64,000 bases of DNA, taken from a virus (lineage: Duplodnaviria > Caudoviricetes). Positions 56,081 to 64,000 of this stretch are shown here, one piece after another; position 1 is the first letter of the stretch, and each line of letters starts with the position of its first letter. A model generated the notes under the pieces. That model was not told the DNA's origin and searched no databases. It saw nothing but the letters and a program-made list of their open reading frames with translations. The stretch lies in the IMG/VR virus record IMGVR_UViG_3300013121_000005, positions 32,001-96,000 of that record, one strand, 5' to 3'. Made by a program: the position numbers and the translations under genes.

Positions 56081-58969
56081 ATGGATGTCTTAGCTACAAA
56101 AACCTTTGGGGAAGTTGAGGATGAAGAGGCAGAGCGTCTTGTACGCCCACTTCCTAAAAAGAAGCCTCCTCGTAGGGATCGTCGTCGTGAGGAGATGCAA
56201 ACGGAACGAGATCCTGATGTAGAGGGGGATTCGGATCTCAAAGGGGACCCAGACCTGTCCTTGAATTACAAGTCGGTTGGGGGTTCTATGCCCCGTCGAG
56301 TAGCTCGTAGATTCTTAGGGCAAGAGGACAGGACGATTTCAGTCCGTCGTCGAGACACGGGTCGAGTTGTTCAGGTTTCTGAGGAGACGCTCAAGGAAGA
56401 GGGTAGTAAGTACGAGAAGCTGGAAGAAGAGGAGAGGGGGGAGGGGGGCTCTAAGGGGGATGCTCTCAGGGACTTGGCCAAAGACAAGCCTCAACTCCAG
56501 TCGGTCTTGAAGGACTTGATGAACCCAAGGTCAGACCTTGGGGGTTTGGCGGAGGGAAATCCTAACCTACCTGCTTCTACAGTCGTCAAAGGGGTACCTC
56601 TTCCCGAAGGGATCAAAACTCTTGGGGACCTAGTGAAGGCTTTGCGAGCAAAGCCTTCCAAGCCAAAGCCAAAGTCTAAGACCCCCTCTGCTCCTACGCC
56701 TCCTCAGGCTCCCTCTGAGGCTCCTACGCCTCCTCAGGCTCCCTCTGAGGCTCCTACGCCTCCTCAGGCTCCCTCTGAGGCTCCTCAGGCTCCCTCTGAG
56801 GCTCCTCAGGCTCCCTCTGAGGCTCCTCAGGCTCCCTCTGAGGCTCCTACGCCCCCTCAGGCCCCCTCGCCCGAGGGGAAGAAGCCAAAGTCTAAGCCCA
56901 AGCCTGAGCCTGAGGAGAAGCCTGAGGAGAAGCCTAAGTCTGCGGTGGACTTCCCACCTCCACAACGTAAGCCGCCAACAGAGCAAGAGATTCTGGAGGC
57001 AATGGATTTGGTCCATAGCACGAACCTCCCTCCTGGGATTCGGGCTAAATTGCTGGTCCTACACCCAGCCGACGTGAAGGAGGTCCTTGCTAGCTACAAT
57101 GGCTTCAATTCCTTGGAGGACCCTAAGGATTTCAAGGAAGAGCTTGAGGCTGCCGGGAGGAACTTTACCTTGGACCCCAGCAAGGTCACTTCTTTGCCTA
57201 CAAAGGTGACAAATGCGAAGGGGGAGAAAAAGCCTTTCGAGAGTTTGTCAGAGACGGAACAAGCGCAGGCTGTACAGGCACATCGGAATGCGGTTGTAGC
57301 TGCAAGCTTAGCCTCACAGATGCGCGTAGTTCGTTCAATGGTTAGCTCGGGGATCCCCGAGTACCTAGCAGCTAAGCTCTCCTACTTTTCGCTGTCGACT
57401 GCAAACTACCCTCCGGAAGTGCGAGAGCGTAAAGCACACGAAGCGGCTCTGTCCACATTTACGGAGGCGGTTACCGGGTTTTCAGGTAAGGCGGAAGAAG
57501 AGGACGAAAGATTTGGGTCCTTTATCCAAAAGATACGGCGTAAGCTTTTCGGGGATGACGAGCGTAGGAAGTACTTGAAGGCTATTGAAAAGCTTGACCC
57601 TCATACGCAGATGGCTGCGGTGGCACACCTTCAGGGTGAAGACTATAGGTCAATTTCAAGTCGATTTCTGAATTCAGATTCGAGAGATAGAATCTCTGAG
57701 TTTGACTCTCCGCAGAAGATTAGCCGTAAGCTCTCATTGGCTTTGGATGCCTTTCGGAAAGCGAGTCGGCAGTACCCCTCTGAAGTTCGAGCCGCACTCC
57801 CAGACCCTTCAAGGGTTTTTCGGATCGTGGTGCGCCAGTCCTTGAGGGAGCTTGATCCTGAGAAGGCTAAGGCAGTCAGTAGGGTTATGCTTGAGGTTGA
57901 TGCTGACGCCTACGATAAGGCTATGATTGAGTACAAGGAGGAGGAAAAGCTCTTTCAGAAGGCTTACAAGGAGTACGAGCGGGAGTACCAGTTGTGGGAG
58001 AAAGCCAAGAAGAAGTACGAGGCTCAACAGTTGAAGGGTAGTCCTTATCGGGTTGTTACGGAGCCCTTTAATCAAAGCCCCCCAGAGCTTCCGTTGAGTC
58101 CAGAACTTCCGGTTAAGCCCATTGGGTATGAGACTGTCCGAAAGACATCCAAGAAGGATCGGGAAGAAATTCAAGACAAGCTTGACGAGCTTCGTGGAGG
58201 TAAGACCGCTTCTCTCTATTCTTCTTATGCCAGGCGAAAGCAGATGACGTCAGCTATTGCTCCTTATCCAAAGTGGCAACAGGCCCATCAACGGGACCTT
58301 GGGGCTAAAGATTTTGACGTGATCTTGAAGGCTGCCAAGGATTGGCTCAAGTCCCCTATGCTTTCTACCCATATTGAGGGGATGGTCCCTGATGCTAGGT
58401 TTCGAGCATCGCTTGATTTGGCTATCCAAACCTCTGAGGACGGGAAGTATGCGAATGCGCTAAGTCCAGTCCTCTACAATATGCTTCTTGCCAAGCTCTC
58501 GAATCAGCCTGAAGGTGAGACTCTTTTGACGGTGCGCAAGGCACAAAGTGAATTGAAACTAGGAACCGCTGAGGGAAATGCCATGACAATCAAGTTTGCT
58601 AAGGCTCATGCCAACAATATCCTGGCCCGTCTGGACAAGATTGCGGCAGAAATTCAGGACAAGTATGCCCAGTGGGGCATGGACTTTGATGATGCCAAGC
58701 GCATGGTGAATGACCTCGATCAGGCTGCTGACGCGATCGAGAAGGCAGCTTTTGGCGAGGAGTCGTTTAGGGCTCGACAGATTGAAGTTCTCAAGTCCGC
58801 AAAGGTTATCCAGCAAGATTCAGATGAAGGGTATATGGGGACATTCAATGCCCCCACAGCACCTCATCAGTCTGATTCGGATGAGGAGTACATGAGCCTT
58901 TACAAGGATGACCAGACGCAGGGTGTGCAGAGTGGCAAGTCGTCAACAGGCCGCCCCCTTGCTCCTTGA
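56081..58969 (+). CDS. Large head-associated protein with Pro/Ala repeats
   Basis: 962 aa between portal and protease; RVARRF and KTAS motifs. Confidence 0.7.
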   Translation: MDVLATKTFGEVEDEEAERLVRPLPKKKPPRRDRRREEMQTERDPDVEGDSDLKGDPDLSLNYKSVGGSMPRRVARRFLGQEDRTISVRRRDTGRVVQVSEETLKEEGSKYEKLEEEERGEGGSKGDALRDLAKDKPQLQSVLKDLMNPRSDLGGLAEGNPNLPASTVVKGVPLPEGIKTLGDLVKALRAKPSKPKPKSKTPSAPTPPQAPSEAPTPPQAPSEAPTPPQAPSEAPQAPSEAPQAPSEAPQAPSEAPTPPQAPSPEGKKPKSKPKPEPEEKPEEKPKSAVDFPPPQRKPPTEQEILEAMDLVHSTNLPPGIRAKLLVLHPADVKEVLASYNGFNSLEDPKDFKEELEAAGRNFTLDPSKVTSLPTKVTNAKGEKKPFESLSETEQAQAVQAHRNAVVAASLASQMRVVRSMVSSGIPEYLAAKLSYFSLSTANYPPEVRERKAHEAALSTFTEAVTGFSGKAEEEDERFGSFIQKIRRKLFGDDERRKYLKAIEKLDPHTQMAAVAHLQGEDYRSISSRFLNSDSRDRISEFDSPQKISRKLSLALDAFRKASRQYPSEVRAALPDPSRVFRIVVRQSLRELDPEKAKAVSRVMLEVDADAYDKAMIEYKEEEKLFQKAYKEYEREYQLWEKAKKKYEAQQLKGSPYRVVTEPFNQSPPELPLSPELPVKPIGYETVRKTSKKDREEIQDKLDELRGGKTASLYSSYARRKQMTSAIAPYPKWQQAHQRDLGAKDFDVILKAAKDWLKSPMLSTHIEGMVPDARFRASLDLAIQTSEDGKYANALSPVLYNMLLAKLSNQPEGETLLTVRKAQSELKLGTAEGNAMTIKFAKAHANNILARLDKIAAEIQDKYAQWGMDFDDAKRMVNDLDQAADAIEKAAFGEESFRARQIEVLKSAKVIQQDSDEGYMGTFNAPTAPHQSDSDEEYMSLYKDDQTQGVQSGKSSTGRPLAP
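56685..56868 (+). repeat. 30-nt and 21-nt tandem repeats encoding APTPPQAPSE/APQAPSE
   Basis: Direct inspection. Confidence 0.9.
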
Positions 58970-59020
58970 GTAGGGTGGCATTCTCCTTGAAGTAGCCTAA
59001 CTCTCGCGCGGGGTTTCACA

Positions 59021-60805
59021 GTGATTGACTACTGGCGTCTTGTCAAAGAGTTTTCCCAAGGGGATGCGGTCCAAAAGATCGACGTTCAAACGGGACAGCT
59101 CTCCCCGTATGTTGGGAAGGTTACAGCCGTCCATCGAGGGATTGGGTGTCTTGACGTACAGTGGCCATTCGGTAATGAGCGAGTCTTTCCTGATGATGTG
59201 GTAAGAGTTAGCCCTGAGTTTATCAGGTATCTACCCCCTGCCTTTGATCAGAGCTACAACTCAATTGAGATTGAGAATGCGAGAAAGGCGTCGACCCCCC
59301 TCTGGCGGCATACCCAATTTTCGCCAAGTCTATATGTCACCTTAGCTAAGTACTGGCACAAGGGGGCTAATGAGGTCCTCGCGTATGATGACCTCTATCG
59401 AGCTTATGCCCCCAACATTGATGATGAGGCTCTTCGGGATGAGGTGTCGAAGTTTTATCGTTTCGCTACTAATGCTGGGGAGCTTCGGATTCAACAAGCC
59501 ATTCAAAAGTCTGGGGCTTATTGGGTAGCTCAAAATCGGCAGTACCGGGCAACAGGGGAAGACCTCAAACTCGGGAAACCGGCTTGCCCGAAGTGCAGTG
59601 CGAGGATGCGTCGGGCAACGTACAAGATGCATGAGGGGGCGAAGCACAAGGTTTTTGCTTGCCCTAAGTGCCTCTATCTAATTGACCCTCAATCGATTCT
59701 TGGTCCAACTGGAGAGCCTCATAACTGGTTTGGGACCGCTTTACCCCCCATCAGGGCTTCGGTCCGCCCTTTTGTAGCCGAGGAAGAGGAGACAGGTAAA
59801 GGTGGGGTTCCAGCACGATGGCAGGAATGGTTGGATTCCGTACATCAGCAGGGACGAGAGAAGGTACCTAACCCCAATTTAGCTACTAAAAAGCAGCACC
59901 CACAAGTCAGCTTTTCAACTGCATTGAAGGATGAGTCTGTTTTTCGCAAGGCGCTCAAGGATTACCACGAGTGGGCGAAAAAGAACCCTGGTAAAGGGGA
60001 GGCTTCTACGTCTGCTGAGAAGTCTAGTGCTAAGGGGCTTACGGTAAGTGTCAAGGTTGTTGAAGGTATACTTGAGAAGCATAAGTCCAAGTTTGAAGCC
60101 ATTTCTGCCCTCATGCGGTCAGACCTAAAGGCATTTGAGAAAGAGCTAAAGAAGCCACCTCAAAGCTCTATGGCGAAAGCTGGGCACAAGTGGGCACTCA
60201 AGCAGTGGGAGAAGTTATCTGAGCCAGAGAAAATGATGGTTGCGGGGGGGCATCGGGTTGCTGAGTACTTTGAAAACCATGTGGTGAAGGACCCTGAGGC
60301 CCATGAAGAGTACATGGGGGGTTGGGCAGGCTCTACGGGGGGTGAGGCTGCTCAAAAGATATGTGGCGCATTAGCTGCAATGGGGGTTAATGGTAGCCCT
60401 TCCCCTACTGATAAAGAGGATGCAGAAAAGCAACGTAGGGAGGGAGCTAAAGCCAAGGAGCTTGGTAGCTACCTTGAGGAGCTTTATGCCTTCACCCAGG
60501 CCCATTTCAAGTATATGGGTCTGAAGTCTATTAAAGGGTTCCGAGGGGTCAAGGGGCAGGGGTTGGATAAAGACCCTCCTTCGGAAAATGACGAGGTGCA
60601 ATTCAAAACAAGAGAAGCTTCCTCTTTTTCCATGAACCCCAAAGTTGCAGTAGGTTTCGGGCGGGTAGTAGAGTACAGTATTCCTGTAGAGAAGATCCTT
60701 GCTTCTCCTGGTACGATGGGTCAGAAATTCAAAGGGGAGGCTGAGGTAATTATGATGGGGGCTTCAGATATGACTGGTAAGGTAGTTAGCGGAGCTAGGG
60801 TATGA
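59021..60805 (+). CDS. Head-cluster protein with Zn ribbon and C-terminal ADP-ribosyltransferase-like domain
   Basis: CPKC..CPKC; FRG, SSFS, EAEV (R-S-E triad). Confidence 0.7.
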   Translation: MIDYWRLVKEFSQGDAVQKIDVQTGQLSPYVGKVTAVHRGIGCLDVQWPFGNERVFPDDVVRVSPEFIRYLPPAFDQSYNSIEIENARKASTPLWRHTQFSPSLYVTLAKYWHKGANEVLAYDDLYRAYAPNIDDEALRDEVSKFYRFATNAGELRIQQAIQKSGAYWVAQNRQYRATGEDLKLGKPACPKCSARMRRATYKMHEGAKHKVFACPKCLYLIDPQSILGPTGEPHNWFGTALPPIRASVRPFVAEEEETGKGGVPARWQEWLDSVHQQGREKVPNPNLATKKQHPQVSFSTALKDESVFRKALKDYHEWAKKNPGKGEASTSAEKSSAKGLTVSVKVVEGILEKHKSKFEAISALMRSDLKAFEKELKKPPQSSMAKAGHKWALKQWEKLSEPEKMMVAGGHRVAEYFENHVVKDPEAHEEYMGGWAGSTGGEAAQKICGALAAMGVNGSPSPTDKEDAEKQRREGAKAKELGSYLEELYAFTQAHFKYMGLKSIKGFRGVKGQGLDKDPPSENDEVQFKTREASSFSMNPKVAVGFGRVVEYSIPVEKILASPGTMGQKFKGEAEVIMMGASDMTGKVVSGARV

Positions 60806-60951
60806 GTAGTCCAAAAAAGAAGCCCCTTGAAGTTCATTTGGATGAAACTAATGAGGATTGGCTTGCGGGGATGCGAAAGTCTAAGAAGGCTGGCTCCCAA
60901 GTTAGGGTTAACCGTATTGTAGCCAAGGTGATTAGGAATTGGGTTACTTGA
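60802..60951 (+). CDS. 49-aa ORF coupled to the ART gene (not in ORF track)
   Basis: ATGA overlap, GGAG RBS; MSSPKKKPLEVHLDETNEDWLAG...RIVAKVIRNWVT. Confidence 0.55.
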   Translation: MSSPKKKPLEVHLDETNEDWLAGMRKSKKAGSQVRVNRIVAKVIRNWVT

Positions 60952-60963
60952 AGGTAGTTGAAG

Positions 60964-62664
60964 ATGGGATTCTCCAAGTACGCTAATGCAACCATCCTTC
61001 AATCCTCTATCAATCAGGGGGTTTGGGATGAGATTCGGCAGTCGGCTTTGGGGGCAGGTTCCGCCTTCGAGAGTAGGCAAGCTGCTCAAGTTGTATTGGA
61101 CCAATACGACCCCTCTAAGTACCTTCTTTCCCACTGTTCGATTGTTGCGTCGGTAGATACCGAAAATCCCCAAGGGAACCCCTTGGGGATTCAAATGGTG
61201 GATGGGGTCCAGATCAATAGGAAGTACCCTGATTACTTTGTCACTGTTGGGACTAGCAAGTACATCAACAACAACAATGACTGCTGGGAACGTAAGCTTC
61301 TGCTTTCGGCCTACAAGACGTTCATTGGGGCTGAGAATTACGTTGAGCACATTCAGATCCCCGAGCTGAGCAAGGGTAAAATTATCGACACTGCTGCTAG
61401 GGATATTGGGGATTCAGTCTACGTTGACATCCTCATTGCTACGGACAAGAAGCACAAGCCTCTAATTGAGGCTATCTCCAGTGGTCAGCTTACAACCCTT
61501 TCAATGGGTTGCCACGTCAGTTTCACGATTTGTACGAAGTGTGGAAACGTGGCCGAGGACGAGATTCAACTCTGTCGGCACATCAAGTACCAAAAGGGCA
61601 ATTGGTTTATTGACGCAATGGGCCAGCGTCGAAAGATTGCTGAGCTTTGTGGCCATGTTAGTGCAGAGCCAGGCTCGGTTAAGTTCATTGAGGGGAGTTG
61701 GGTAGGGAACCCTGCTTTTACAGGAGCGGTTCTTCGTAACATCCTTGACCCCACAACGGCCCAGATGGCAGACCAGACGCGGGAGAAGATCCAAGTGGCC
61801 TTCTCCGAGCCCGCTCGGGCAGCCAATCCTCACTTGCTACAGAAGGCAGCTCGTCTTGCCCCCATTGGTGTGGGTCGAAGGGCCACCCCCGCAGATCATC
61901 TTCCAAGTCTTTTTGGAGCTGCCCCCTCGCTTGGGAAGCTTACTGCCACGAAGCCTTTCTCGACGCAGGCCAAGGCGGAAAAGAACCTCGTTGAGCGTCA
62001 AGCAGAGATTGCTGAGACTCAAAGTCCGGAGTTTATCGCTCGTCAAGAGGCGGAGACCGCTCTGTACTGGGCACGGAGGGCTCAGGAAGACTTCCCAGGA
62101 GAAGGAGGGGGACAGCAAACTCCTTCTGAGCCTGAGGCCCCCTTCAAGAAGGTTGTGGAGGATCTGTACACAACCATCAAGAAGCAGGTTGAAGACCGGG
62201 TTCGAGAGGACCTGGCTAAAGGGGAAGCTCGAAATGTACGGAAGATTCTCGATGAGAATCACTCAAATGAGTCCCTAATTAAATCTGCCTTGCGCTACCC
62301 TAAGTGGAGGGTTCGGGCAAAGGAGGTTTTGGCTATGGTCAAGACTCCTTCTGTGGCTCGTACCATTCTTGCCGGGTTGATTCTCCATGACTGTGGCGGA
62401 TGGGAAGCTGTACGCCAGGCTAAGCGGTTTACTGGTCGTGAGATTTTGGTTGTGTCTCGGTTGCTTGATCGGATGACTAAACGATCGTCTAAGGCAGGAG
62501 ATTCAAGACTGTACCAAACCGTGATCGCTGTTGGTGGTACCGGGAGATATGCAAATGTGAATGCCTACCTGACAGCTTGTCGTCAGGTTCTCGGTAGAGC
62601 CCTCCTTGAATCGGAAAAGGCACAACTCCTAGAGAAGGGCACGTTGTTTTCATTCGGGCTCTGA
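60964..62664 (+). CDS. Probable prohead maturation protease
   Basis: NYVEH, KGKIID, LSMGC..CTKCGN..C.H, FIE.SWV.NPAF; position before scaffold. Confidence 0.7.
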   Translation: MGFSKYANATILQSSINQGVWDEIRQSALGAGSAFESRQAAQVVLDQYDPSKYLLSHCSIVASVDTENPQGNPLGIQMVDGVQINRKYPDYFVTVGTSKYINNNNDCWERKLLLSAYKTFIGAENYVEHIQIPELSKGKIIDTAARDIGDSVYVDILIATDKKHKPLIEAISSGQLTTLSMGCHVSFTICTKCGNVAEDEIQLCRHIKYQKGNWFIDAMGQRRKIAELCGHVSAEPGSVKFIEGSWVGNPAFTGAVLRNILDPTTAQMADQTREKIQVAFSEPARAANPHLLQKAARLAPIGVGRRATPADHLPSLFGAAPSLGKLTATKPFSTQAKAEKNLVERQAEIAETQSPEFIARQEAETALYWARRAQEDFPGEGGGQQTPSEPEAPFKKVVEDLYTTIKKQVEDRVREDLAKGEARNVRKILDENHSNESLIKSALRYPKWRVRAKEVLAMVKTPSVARTILAGLILHDCGGWEAVRQAKRFTGREILVVSRLLDRMTKRSSKAGDSRLYQTVIAVGGTGRYANVNAYLTACRQVLGRALLESEKAQLLEKGTLFSFGL

Positions 62665-62707
62665 AGAAGTTTCTATATGAGTCCCCTATCAAGGAAAGGA
62701 TCCTCCG

Positions 62708-63997
<1,290 letters not shown>

Positions 63998-64000
63998 CCC

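Noticed and set aside
56685-56868. CRISPR array
   Set aside because: Repeats are adjacent, in frame and lack unique spacers; the Cas4-like gene sits in a recombination operon

Overview
Gene-dense, almost entirely plus-strand segment of a large tailed (jumbo-type) bacteriophage genome, with three modules. (1) 1-12 kb: a translation/RNA island with 19 tRNA or tRNA-like genes (several atypical), a tmRNA, three Y-RNA (YrlA)-like elements, HNH nucleases, an orphan HicB and a myxobacterial-style Cys-rich lipoprotein. (2) 12-41.7 kb: GroEL plus a bacterial-type replication/recombination set (HolA, HolB, DnaX, beta clamp, primase, NrdJ, LigA, RecD2, RecA, RuvC, Mre11 with a split Rad50, a NusG-5'-3' exonuclease fusion, a sigma-like HTH). 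(3) 41.8-64 kb: head morphogenesis (intein-containing terminase, portal, probable prohead protease and scaffold) with embedded enzymes (topoisomerase IB, an ADP-ribosyltransferase domain) and recurring peptide motifs. The most notable signals are the three Y-RNA-like ncRNAs directly behind tRNAs, a tRNA with a ~50-nt structured D-loop insert, and a possible head-packaged cargo system. All calls come from manual motif and base-pairing inspection; no searches were run.
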